From assembly GCA_905178155.1 (NCBI GenBank), contig CAJINV010000002.1, forward strand, positions 9,554,650 through 9,618,649: a DNA stretch of 64,000 bases, written 5' to 3'. Below the pieces are notes generated by a model. The model had not been told where the DNA came from. It made no database searches and saw only the letters and a list, made by a program, of their open reading frames with translations. The stretch comes from Amoebophrya sp. A120 (Eukaryota; Protista; Dinoflagellata). The translations under genes were made by a program, and so were the position numbers. Positions 33,501 through 45,045 of this stretch are shown one piece after another. Numbering within the stretch: position 1 is the stretch's first letter; every line of letters begins with the position of its first letter.

Positions 33501-34095
33501 TTCGGGAAAAGAGACGGAGCAACTCTTCCTCCCGCTGCACCGTCTGCCAGTGCGAAAGACCGAACCGGTACCCCAGCAGAGCTTCGGCCAGCGAGGGCCA
33601 GGTGTCGCAACGGCTTCTTCAGGTGGCCAGCCGCAGGCGCAAGCTGGTCCGCCAGGTGGTGGCGCAGCCGCCGAGCAAAAGCGTCCCCCGCGACCGGCCG
33701 CGCCGACTGCGACACCGGGGACCCGGATGCGGATGGCCGCGGATGCCGGATTGACGAGCCAGGACCGTTTTTTCCCGGCGACAAGCAATGCAGAACCGGC
33801 AGCGCCGCCTACTAACATTAATGCACTTGTTGTTGCGAATGGTGGACAAGAGGTCAACAACCCGTCTGCTAGCCGTCCGCCCGCATCCCCGAGAATTCCA
33901 GGGCCGACTTCCGTTTCTGTTTCTAACAATGCGCTGTTGAAGGGCGGGACGCCCGCGGCGAGCGCGCCCGTTCCTGCGCAAAAGGAGCAAGAGCAGCCTG
34001 GCACCGTGCCTGGGCCGCCGCAAGCGGCGAAGCAGACCGCGGGACCGCTGGCCCAGCACGGAGCGTTGCCTAAGTCCGATCTTCGCAGAAAATGA
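27514..34095 (+). CDS. Large GNAT acetyltransferase plus ankyrin-repeat protein with long disordered regions (exons approx. 27514-28269, 28568-29323, 29613-29842, 30156-34095)
   Basis: LFATAKAWRRMGMA (acetyl-CoA motif A) and PALKFWKKCG (motif B); ankyrin repeats DVNAWDMNEQTALFYAC and NVNHVDRNRETCLFYAC; in-frame junctions. Confidence 0.75.
28270..28567 (+). mobile_element. Introner-type intron
   Basis: CGGAG|TATCAAAGTGAAAAGCGCC / GGCGTTTTTCACTTTGAGA CGTAG|; yields TE-WGG. Confidence 0.85.
29324..29612 (+). mobile_element. Introner-type intron with decayed DR
   Basis: TATGGTTGGGGA / TCCCCAGTCGATA plus 5 nt; yields AEL-LVWF within the GNAT fold. Confidence 0.6.
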
Positions 34096-35106
34096 AATGG
34101 TCGGTCGAACTTCTGCGTCGACACCTCCCAGGGTCAGTTGCAATTTACCAAAGTAGGTGGTCGGCGGTCGTGGGAACAGCCAGGAGAACCAGGGCTTCCC
34201 GGCGACCTCTAGCCGGGCCTTCGCTCGACCCTTGGTTGGTGCACTATTTTTGGTTCATCGCGTCGGACAACACACGGCGATGGTGAAAACTCCGGAGTCG
34301 TGTTTACTTGGCGGCCTTCGGTTCGCTGGTTTGAGTACTGACAGATGCTGGTACTTACGTAGATCAGCGGTGCGAAGCGTCTCAGCGTTCGGTTTGGAAG
34401 CGCACTTTTTTGGATCTCCTCCGCTCCTCTGCCACGACTTTGGTCCATATGCGGGAACTGGGTTTTTAGAGGAGCGGCAGAAGGCCGCATCCGGGGATGA
34501 AAAACATCGGAAGTCCGTGTATTTACTAATACGACCGCGCGCCAGGCAAGACCAAGGATTGTTGATTATTGCATTGGCACATGGGGTGATCGCCATTTCT
34601 TTTTCGCGGCAGCACCTGGCATAAACGACTCATGTACTCTTTGGAATGAAACTCGCAGAAGTTGAACACGAAAGACGAACAGTGTGGCTCTTGTCGATGA
34701 CGATCACGGCATCGGCCGAAGAGAGGTGATCAGCACGCTGTAGTGTTCGAAGCATTTGGTTGTTCAGACATTCGGCTCCTTGTGGAAAAACAAATTTATG
34801 TTCGACGTTGCCTTTTGCTTTTGGTTTGCGAACTGTTTAGATCTCTTGCTGGTGCAAAAGCAAGTTTTCGCAAAGATCGAGACCAGATTTTGTGTCGTGC
34901 ACCATGCGGTGGCGCACAGAAGAAACACGCGCGTTGTCTGTCTCTTTGAATCGCAGCTCGATACGTACGAAGGCGGAAAGGTCATGGATCCAGAACTGCA
35001 GAATATTCACGTTTGTTGTTGCGTTTCTCCCCGTGGCTCTGTTTTATCTTTCGTGTATCCCAAAGAAAAAAGCCGGCAGGTCAGAAAAAAAATAATTAAA
35101 TAATAA

Positions 35107-35550
35107 TTGTTATTGTCAACAATAAAAGCAAAACAAAACAACAAAAAAAATTGCCGCCATACCATGCGGATTAGCTTCAGAGCAGATCAGCAATCCGCGC
35201 GAATCCAGGTGGGACTGTTATTGTCAACAATAAAAGCAAAACAAAACAACAAGAACAAATTGCCGCCATACCATGCGGACCAGCTTCAGGACAGATCAGC
35301 AATCCGCGCGAATCAGGGCGGGACGGTGATCGCCTGCGTTTTTTATTTTTGTGACGAATTTCGCCCATTCGCGCCATACCGTGCGGGCTGGGCTTCGTAG
35401 GGGGTTGCCGGCTTCGCCAATCCGCACGGCACGGCGCCCGCAGTCGGTTTTGCGGCTTTTTCCAGATTTTCTATGTTCGCGCCATAGCGTGCGGGCTGGC
35501 TTGCTGGCGAAGCTGCCGGCTTCGCGAATCCGCACGGCACGGCGGCCGCA
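35107..35550. repeat. ~109-bp tandem array (two pairs of units sharing CGCCATAsCrTGCGG) running into a 100-N gap (35551-35650)
   Basis: Unit 35107 matches 35216; unit ~35368 matches ~35476. Confidence 0.75.
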
Positions 35551-36014
35551 NNNNNNNNNNNNNNNNNNNNNNNNNNNNNNNNNNNNNNNNNNNNNNNNNN
35601 NNNNNNNNNNNNNNNNNNNNNNNNNNNNNNNNNNNNNNNNNNNNNNNNNNGCAGCGCAGTCGACTTTTCTCCTTTGGTCCTGTGATATCACGTGATATCA
35701 CGTGATATCAAAGGAGAAAAGTCTTTTTTCAAAGTTTAAAGACCCATAACAATAACTCACAATTTTGATGGTCATACGCACGATCTCAATGTTGATGTGC
35801 TCCTGCCTTTGTCGGTGTAGAACCCTCAACGGGGTAAGAGGAAAAGCAGCAGCACGCAACTGAACAACATGCTGACTTAGAAAGCGAATCGTACTACGCA
35901 GACGCTGTTGATAACTCTGAGGGTGCTATTCGACAAAGAACAAAGTCAAGTCGTCGAAACGAGAATACTTAAGTACAAACAGTTCTTATCTATCATCACT
36001 TGTCTTTACCCAAC

Positions 36015-39000
36015 ATGGAGGCAGATTCGTTGCGCACGGTCCCGCTCTCCCTTGAGTGGCGGAACGTGACGATCCAGGTGGGGGACAAAAAGATTTTGGA
36101 CAACGTTTCGGGCTACGTGCCCGCCGGCGAAACGCTGGCGATCCTGGGGCCCTCAGGTTCCGGGAAAACGACGCTGCTGTCCCTGTTAGCGGGCGTGTTT
36201 CGCTCCAAGGCACAGAAGGACACCTCGATCACGGGGGAGATCATCGTGGGAACCGGTCCGCAGGCGGCCGGCCCCGCGCGGGTGCACGCCTTCAGCCGGC
36301 ACATGGCGTACATGCGGATTGTGGAACAGTACGACACGTTCCTGGGGTCGTCCACGGTGTGGGAGCACCTGCTGCTGAACGCCGCGCTGCGGCTGCCGGA
36401 CAGCACGGCGGAAGAGCAGGAAGAAAAGATCGTGGAGATTCTGGACCGGCTCCGCCTCGCGGGCTACGAGGAGGTGCGGATTCCGTTTCTCTCCGGGGGG
36501 CAGAAAAAACGGCTCTCCGTCGCGGAGGAACTTCTGTCGAATCCGGCAATCCTGTTTCTCGACGAGCCGACGTCCGGGCTGGACTCCACCGTCGCGCGGG
36601 AGGTGGTCGAAATCTTCTACGACGACGAGCGCCGGGAGCAAGTGGCCCGGGAAACGGCGACCAACGTGACGAAGCGAAAAGAATCCGAGCAAGAAGCCGA
36701 CACGGGACCGGACAAATTGTCAAAAGTCGAGCCACCAAGAACTGTTGCATTGAAAATGCACGACGACGAGGCCGCAGACGAGCCGGTATCCCCAAGTGGG
36801 CAGCGAAAGCCGATCGAGAACAAGACACGTAAGAAAGATGCCACGAAACTTCTGCAGCCGTGGGAGCGTGCCAGGGCAAGGCTGGAAGCGAAGCTGAACG
36901 ACTGCTGCAAAGTCGATGGACGAGACAAGGCCAAGGGCCGTGACGATGATCTCGTCCCGAAGCACCAGAAAGAAAAACAGCAAACCACGATTGTGTACAC
37001 CATCCACCAGCCTTCCTCGCTCGTCTGGAGCTGGTTCTCGCACAGCATGTTTCTGGCGCGTGGCAAGTGTCTGTACTTCGGGCCCGCGGACGAAGTCGCC
37101 GACTATCTGGAGGCGAACGTACCGGATTGCCGGTGTCCGAAGGGATTTTCCGCGGCGGAGTTCTGCCTGGACGCGCTGAACGAGGACCACCACGTGTATC
37201 AAAATGAAAAATCCCCCCTCCCCATATCAAAACGGAAAGTTGTGATGCTGATTTGTGGCCACAAATCAGCTTTGTATTGCAGAGAGGCATGGCGGCCAGA
37301 TCCCCAGGCTAGGTAGGGGCGTATGGGTCTAGTTGTTCAGTATGGCAAACGGCTCGCCTTTAGGCCCAACAGCATGACAAATCGCTTCCATAATGGGGCG
37401 GAAGCTTCTGCCCTTGTCTTCTTGCAAGACAGATGTGATTTGTGGCCTCAAATCCGCAGCGCAAATTTTTGGAAACATACCTTTTCAATATGGGGAGGGG
37501 GGATTTATTTTCCTCTCAATAACGTGGAGAGTTTGACGGCGCTCCGCGCAAAAGAAGACCACGCAACGAAGGAGATCGGGAGGGTGAAAAAGAGTCATTT
37601 GCGTTGTACTGCTGGGAACAGCAGAAATCATGATGCTCTTGATCATGATCGCAATGATGAAAACATTAGAATAAACTCGTGGGGGCGAAACACGAAAAAT
37701 GTTGGGCGCGACGAGGAGGAGGCCAACGCCAAAAATGGAGGGGACATTATTGTCAACAAAGGCGACGATTCTGACGGCACCGGTCTGGAGGACGAGGAAC
37801 TAGAGCCCGGGTTTCTTGGCGAGGCGAGGCAGAAGTCCCTGTATGCCCCGTTTTCGGTCCAGTACTCTGTGTTGGTCACCCGGGTGTGGCGCGATCGCGT
37901 CCGGGACCGTAGCAAGACCCTGATGGTGATGGTGGGGAACGCCGCGCTGCTGTTCATCCTGTCCGCCATCTTGTGGCAGCATGGCAAACGCCCCCAGCAG
38001 AACAGCGGCCGGTTTTGCGCCGTTATTCTGGTGACCACCTTTCCCATGATTGGGGACACGATTAACTACCTGATGCAGGTCCTCTTCCTCCAGCCCCAGA
38101 TTCTGCGTGAGTACAACACGAAACGGCTGTACTACCTGTTTCCCTACTGGCTGGCGCAGCGCACCGGCGCGGCGCTGCTCGACTACGCGATGACCTCGGT
38201 TTTCTACGTGACCACCATGTTCTTCACCGTGGGCTTCTTCCCCGACTACCCTTTCTCCCGGTACGTGCGGGTGCTTGCCGCGGTGGCGCTGCTGCAGACG
38301 CTGGGCATGAGTTACGGCATGCTGCTGGGCAACCTGACGGATGATTTCACGCTGCTGCACGCGATTCTGCTGATTTTCTGCATGCCCTTCATGATGGTGA
38401 ACCCGGTTCTGGCGCCGGGGGTCGAGATCCCCCCGTGGCTCCTGTGGTACCAGTACGGCAGTCCCTACTACTGGGGCACCAAACCCCTCATTTGGGTGCT
38501 GTACAAGGACTACTCGATGCAAGACCTGGAGCCGAGCGAAACGGACCTGCGCGTGCGGTTTCCGCACTACTGTGTGTACCGGGATTCCACCGGTCGCAAC
38601 TACAAGTGCAGCGAGCTAGAGGCCGCGGCGCCGGGAGGAGGGCGGATTCCTCGCGCTCCGGGTGGATCTACCGCTACTTTGCAGGTTGTAGCCGGGGAGG
38701 ACCACCAACCCTCTGCGAGCTGGTACAACGAGGGCAAGCCCTTTCTGTTCCTGGACGGCAACGCCTTCCTCAAACAGCAGTTTGATGTGGACCCGGAGCA
38801 GCCGTTCCAGGAGGTGTATTTTCCGCTGCTGATGTGCGCCGTGATGCTGGTGGTGCTGAACGTCTCTGCCTTCGTCATGTTCGCCTTCCGCCACAAGTAC
38901 GCCTGCACCTGCTCCGTAGCATGCTCGAGGCGGCGGTTGTGTGGAGGCGGAAAACCTAGAAGTACGACGCGGGAACAGCACAATGAAGGAGAAAAGAACA

Positions 39001-39146
39001 AACGCAAGCCCGTTCGGGCAAGTAGTGGGCCCGAGCAGAGAGGAAAGGGCAAGAAAGGGCAGCGGAAGAGTACCGGTGCAACGGTAGAACAAGCTGATCA
39101 CGAGAAGCTGGAAGTGACGGAGCCGCTTTTGAACGACAGGGTTTAG
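36015..39146 (+). CDS. ABCG (White-type) half transporter; exons 36015-37196 and 37527-39146
   Basis: Walker A GPSGSGKTT, signature LSGGQKKR, Walker B LFLDEPTSGLD, TIHQP, C-terminal multi-pass TMD. Confidence 0.93.
37197..37526 (+). mobile_element. Introner-type intron, same family as 19726-20050
   Basis: Perfect DR ACGTG; IR CCCCCCTCCCCATAT / ATATGGGGAGGGGGG; yields HHV-ESL. Confidence 0.92.
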
Positions 39147-40033
39147 GCTAATTGGCTGTGTTTTGGTAGTGCAATTTTTGATGAAAAAACAATATAGTAA
39201 ACCTAACGATTTTTGTTGGAACGGGAAGCACAATCAAGTTTTGATGACTACGTTCGAAGCTGGTTCCTAATTCAGTTGCATGTGTGAAGTAGAAGTAGTT
39301 CCAGAATTCATATGGTGTTTCGGGATATTTTTTCCAAAAAGCTTCCCTTTCAGGATTGTATAGCGAAGCTTCTGCCCTCCTTTCGTCTCCATAAACAGAC
39401 ACGACTGCCTTTGCAGTCGCTGTTTGACAAAGAAACACAAATTGACGAGGAAACAACAAGTTCACAAACACATTGGAATACTAGAGACGGTGAGACAAGA
39501 CGCGAGTCATGGAGTCAGTAACTTTTTGCTGGCGGTACATACTGTGCTGTCTCCGCAAGAGGATCTTTTGCCTGCCCGTGGACGGACTGTGCACAGGTTT
39601 TTCACAGGTGCGAGGACCGGCAAGGGTCTGCTCTATGTATGTTCCAGAAGATGGACATAGAGTTCGACTAATACAGAAATACTAAAATGGTACTCGAGCA
39701 TACGCTTAAGGAGTCCAAGTCGAAGGAACTGGCTACGCTTCAGAGAGGATCAACAAGCAGTGCTTACAGCCAGGCCTTCGCTACCAGCTATCGTTTGCAC
39801 GCAGGGGCTAGCGGGCTGTTTATCTTGATGCGATAAATTTTTGTGGGCTCTATTGTTTCACAGTCGAAGTCGTACCACCAGGAAGTTTGTCCGTAAGGGA
39901 AGTTTTATTTTGCCAAAGAATTCTTTCTATTTCTTAGATAAGTACTTGATGGTGCGACACTTTGATTGCAATGGCATCTGGCGCGCAGTTCCATCGATAT
40001 TCTTAGAGTAAAGTTTTCATCAACAGCACTGCC

Positions 40034-41482
40034 ATGGGCCGCCTTCCCGACTATTACGAGCGGGGTAACTATGGCGACGGGCGGGAAGCCTACGCTGTCC
40101 AGTTTGTCGAGGAGACCGCGGAGCGTGGTAACGTGGTTGCGATTTTGCAAGCCCTGGAAACGTTTCACAAGCGATGGTCTATGTTGCATGTCGGTCCGGA
40201 GAAGGGTGCGCGCTTAGAAAAAGCGGTGGCTGACATAGTAAGTGCAGAAATGGATCATGTCGATGTGGATGAAGCGCAAACGGCAGCAGGTGGTGCTAGC
40301 GACTGTTCCGAATGGATGAAGCGGACGTCATGCGACATGCCGGGAGAAGATGTATTTCCAAACGAAAGACAGGCTTTGATGGAATTCCGCGTTTTAGAAG
40401 TCGGCACGTACATCGGCTACTCCACCTTGCGCATTGCGAAAGCCTGGGAAGACGCACTGAAAACGCGTTTTGTGGAGTATGAAAAAGCCAGCACGACCTC
40501 CGAGTCACGGAGCGATCGCCGACCGGAGGCCGCAGCGGCAGGCGGGAGCGGCGGTGGTCGCTGTAGAAGTAGCAACTACGGGGGTGCAACAGCGGGGCAT
40601 CAGGTTGGACTGGCACAGGACGCAAGAGAAAGTAGGAGAGCGGTACCCTCCGCACGGCAAGTGCGTTTGAAGCTGGTCACATTTGAGCGTAACGAGGAAA
40701 ACGCCGAGGCCGCGTTGCGAATTCTGACCCATGCGGGATACAGGGTCCATTTTGGTCGATGTGAAAAGAAGGACCGCGACACGGAAGCGAAGGACGGGGG
40801 TGCTACTACGGAGGGAAACATGTGCGCCGATGCCATCTCCGCCTCTCCCTACGGCGACAGCAACTTGGCACCAGAGCCTCGGGCGAGGCCGGAGGTATAT
40901 TCACCACAACACCTACGTCGACATTGTACTACAGAAGAAGCCCTCTCCCAGGTATGCACTTCGTGGGACGTCAGCGTTGACATTCACTTGTCTTGCGGGG
41001 CCATGGAAGATGGCCAGGACTCCATTCTATGGCCAATAAAAAGAAGTAGAAGACAAAACACAAGTGACATGATCGACCCGGCGGACAGGTACCTGCACTT
41101 GATTTTTTTCGACCACCAGAAGAGCCGCTACTTGCAGGACCTGCTTTGGTTAAAAGGTCTCGCTGTTGAATTCGGAAGCCTATTTCGCCCCCGACTGACC
41201 CGCATCGTCGCGGACAATGTCGCGTCGCAGGAACACCTCCAGCATCGCGACTTGGCCATTGCGCGCGGCAAGCGCAAGTCGAAGTGCCACTGCGTCAACC
41301 GGGGCTGCAATTTTTTGCAGTACGTCTTGCGCCAGTACGACACCGGGGTCTTTGTGGGGGCCGGAGAAAGCGACGGCATCTCTGTTTCAGTTTTTCGGGA
41401 CGATAAACACCTTCCGTGGAAAGAACGAGTAAGAACTCCTGTGTGCGAGGGCGCTGCTCCCGCTGTGAATGAAAATACTTAA
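40034..41482 (+). CDS. Catechol O-methyltransferase-like class I SAM-dependent methyltransferase with long insertions
   Basis: MLHVGPEKG, VLEVGTYIGYSTLRIA, TFERN, IFFDHQKSRYLQDL, IVADNV. Confidence 0.85.
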   Translation: MGRLPDYYERGNYGDGREAYAVQFVEETAERGNVVAILQALETFHKRWSMLHVGPEKGARLEKAVADIVSAEMDHVDVDEAQTAAGGASDCSEWMKRTSCDMPGEDVFPNERQALMEFRVLEVGTYIGYSTLRIAKAWEDALKTRFVEYEKASTTSESRSDRRPEAAAAGGSGGGRCRSSNYGGATAGHQVGLAQDARESRRAVPSARQVRLKLVTFERNEENAEAALRILTHAGYRVHFGRCEKKDRDTEAKDGGATTEGNMCADAISASPYGDSNLAPEPRARPEVYSPQHLRRHCTTEEALSQVCTSWDVSVDIHLSCGAMEDGQDSILWPIKRSRRQNTSDMIDPADRYLHLIFFDHQKSRYLQDLLWLKGLAVEFGSLFRPRLTRIVADNVASQEHLQHRDLAIARGKRKSKCHCVNRGCNFLQYVLRQYDTGVFVGAGESDGISVSVFRDDKHLPWKERVRTPVCEGAAPAVNENT

Positions 41483-42144
41483 TAGTGCCGTCTCAATACA
41501 CGAATACGAAGCGGCCATGCTGGCACTAGTGCCAGAAGTTCTTGTGGGGCGGTGAAAAACGACTGCTCTGCGCATTTGAGCATCTAAGCATCTTGGAGGA
41601 GGCGGGTTGTCTCAGTAGAACATCCATGGCGACATGTTTCATCGTAGTTGTACAAACTTTTCTACCCACCTTCACCATTAAGCAGGTTCATCTAGTTGAA
41701 TGGCAAGACTACGCAGCAGGCACAACTGCCGTCGCGCAAGGACCCTCTGTTGTTTTATTCCGCAGTGCAGTTCTCGTTTCATGCGCATGTTCATTCGTGA
41801 TCGTGTCTAGTAACGGTCGCAGCAAAGAACACGTGCTTAGAAAATACGGTTGGTCCTCAAGAATGAATGGTGTATCGGACGAGGCAATGCTGTCTTGATG
41901 TTTGCTACGCGGTATCAGAACCCTGTCGTCCCTCATGCAGCAGTACACAGTGCGGAGTTTTTCAGTATAGAAGCATTCGCAGTATCGTAGAAGGAGAGCA
42001 GCAGGTTCTTGTACAAGCCAAATACCGAACTAATACTTTAGCGAGGATAAAAGTGACAGCGTGAACTCGTTTATTTTCTCACACAGAAGATTCATATACA
42101 CATACACTTTTCCATTTTTCTCAAAGTTGAAGTTCGCAAGCCCC

Positions 42145-44101
42145 ATGACGGTCGTCGCAGCGGCTTCGTCCGACGGCGGTGCAGCAAACGGGGCCGCCAG
42201 TGCGTCGTCGAAGTCTGTTCCTCTTCCTGCAAACGTCGCGTCCGACAAAATTACGCACGCCGATGTGCTGCGACTAGTTTCGCTGCTCGAAAAGAAGGAC
42301 TTCGAAACCTGGAAGCAACTGACGGTCGAAAAGCACCTGTCGGACGAGTTCACCAGTCTGTCCGAGCAGCTTGAGCGGCTGGCGAAGCAGATGCTGCCGC
42401 TAAAGCAGCTGTGCGGGGAGCTGCGGACGCAGACGAAGCACGTCAGCGAGCGGACCGAGGTGCTGCGAGCGGAGGAGGTCGCGAAGCGGCGGGACATGGA
42501 GGAATACCTGGAAAAGCACATTGACCCACTGCAGCGGGAGGAGTATCATATTGAAAAGTGCAGCTGCCTCGTCAGATTCGGAAGAAATAATGCGAAGTGC
42601 TTGTATTGGAAAGTTATTTTATCCACATGGACAATGAAAGGACGAGGACTCTTGCTACTTGTTGGAAATTTCAGTGACACACAGCAGTACAAATTGCGTG
42701 ACGAAGCAATACTGTGTACTATGCAAGACGGGAAAAGTAAGTGTAGAAAAAGTTTGCAAGACAATGGCTTGCTCATTCGGAGGTAAGCGCGCTTTTCATT
42801 CTGATAAGTAGAACGAGAAATTCGAAAAGGAGATGCGGGAGTCGGACGAGCTGCAGGCCCGGCTCCGAACCTTTCTGGAAGAGTATGACCACCGCGAGGA
42901 ACTGAAGCGGCAGCAAAACGAGCTGCGGGAAAAGGAATTCGGGAATACGCAGCGGAAACGTGTAGTCATTAGTTCGGGTCGTCGTGCTGTCAGGGCCGAC
43001 AGGCAAAGACTTGACGTGCTGCGTCCGAGGGCTGGAAATGTTCAATTTGCCAGGACGCGCTGATGCCAAGAAGAGCTCAATTTTTTTTTGCCCTGCTGTA
43101 GTGTCATGGGTACAAAAAAGGCCTTCGAAGCCGTTTGGACAATACATTTTTGCCACTCGCGCCGTCAGTGAACATTTTGTGCGCAAGCAAGACGAGATTC
43201 AACATCTAGGCATGTTTTTCCCTGACAGACAGACAGACAGACTCAGGTCTTTTTGAAAATCATAGGCGAGTTGGATGAACAAATTCTGGAGCTGGAGAAG
43301 ACCACAGATCAAGAAGCGGCGGAACTGTGGCAGTGGGAAAAGCTATCGGCGCAAATTGTGTTGTGCACTGACTCGAGATGCAGTTCTTGGTCACATAATG
43401 TGTCTTTTTCCAATGCTTGCAGTGTGGAATCTTGTTGATACGTAAATGTATCGAACATTTACATTGTGTGTGCGATGTTCCTCTTTTTGAAGGTGTATTC
43501 TGTTGCGACGTCCGTTTGTTGATCACAAGCTTTGGCTTGTTGAGTCAAAAGAGCGCAACTTTTGCGTCGATAGGGGCAGAACCTGGTGAAGCAGAAGGAG
43601 AACGACAAGATTCGAGCGTCCATAAACGCACGAGTGGAGCAATTTGAGGAGTGGCAAAAGTCGCTGGAGCAGATGCACAAAGACTTCAATACTACGGGCA
43701 CGGACTTGCAGACACTTCGTATCAAATGTAAAAATGTCTGGGTCTGGAGGAATGCAACTTGTCATGCTAAATCTGCAGCGTGCAAAAATCTGTGTTGCAT
43801 GATTACCAAAAGTCGACCAATTTTGATCAAGTCGGGAGGTAGTTTCTCATGCAGGATAGGCATTAGAAAGGTCTCGCAGAATCTGTCATGCTGGGTCCGG
43901 CATTCCAGACCTCATGGGTCATGGAAAAGCAGCATGACAAATCGCGCATTCATCCAGACCCAGACATTTTTACACTTGATACTTCGGCTGAAGAAGCAAC
44001 TTTTGCTCAAAAAGAAGGACGAGGCGGCCTACCGCCTGAGTCACACCAAGGAACTCCTCAAAAGGAAAAAAGTCATCGAAAAAGAACTTGCGAATGTATG
44101 A
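42145..44101 (+). CDS. Taxilin-like coiled-coil protein, about 5 exons
   Basis: LKQLCGELRTQ..EEVAKRR and LQARLRTFLEEYDHRE resemble taxilin motifs; three junctions restored by the introner rule, one unresolved. Confidence 0.6.
42544..42811 (+). mobile_element. Introner-type intron, ends related to 28270-28567
   Basis: AGGAG|TATCATATTGAAAAGTGC / GCGCTTTTCATTCTGATA AGTAG|. Confidence 0.85.
43344..43577 (+). mobile_element. Introner-type intron
   Basis: TATCGGCGCAAA / TTTGCGTCGATA plus 5 nt; yields EK-QNL. Confidence 0.75.
43720..43986 (+). mobile_element. Introner-type intron (young)
   Basis: Perfect DR CTTCG; 29-bp IR with one mismatch, TATCAAATGTAAAAATGTCTGGGTCTGGA. Confidence 0.93.
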
Positions 44102-45045
44102 ACTCGCTTGGTCCTCCTGCTCGGGGGCAGAGGAAGATCTCGATAAGATTGTAACTGCGGGGATCGATTGCACTCTGCAGACGTCGTGAGATACAATAGT
44201 ACCACATAGCACTTCTACCGAGAATGCCCTTCTTCACGAGCTGAGGAATTTTCGTCTCCAAAAGTTCTTGGTTTCGAGCGTGTGCCGCGCTTTGCCCTTG
44301 CTACAATTGTGGCATCGTAGAATCCAAATTGTCTCCGAATCGGAGTGATCAGAAAGATCAGAATAAGAAAAGTGAATGAGACGGTCAGTGGCGACATCAC
44401 AAGCCGAGAGTCTCAATTCGAAAAAAAGTACCAGCACAAGATCCGACGATCCACATCCACCGCGTGATGAAAGTCTTGCAATAACTTTTTTCACGCCGTT
44501 CTAATTCTCGTCAAGACTTGGCTTTGCTAGAGCGGTCTCCGAGTAGCACAACAGATCTAGTCGCATGTGACGATCCGTATACCAAAAGATCAAACGATGA
44601 CAAGGATCGTGGAATTGTCAAGGACAACTCTACTTATTCCGATTCGTCGAGGGAAATACAATTACACCCTCGCCGCTCCGATTATAGATCCGTTTAGCAA
44701 GTTCGTTGAGTCCACCGTTGAAAGGTGAAGATACCTTCATCGATCTTGCGGCTCACGTCTTTCACTCACATATTTTCTTCAATCTTAATCACCGTCAGTG
44801 CGAATAAAGAGGATGCAGAAGTCGAATATTCCATGTATGCGATTTTACTTACGTAGCAAGTGTCATACTCGTCGACTTGGTAGCTCCGCAACGAAGAAGA
44901 AAGAACTACTAGCGACATTTCCCATGGGATTCCGACTTACACCTAAACTCCCAACATACGACGGTTGAATTTTTCCTGTGTAAGTATTGAAGTCACATCA
45001 CACCCACCGGAGTAGCAAGTAGAAAAATCACGACACCAGCAAATC

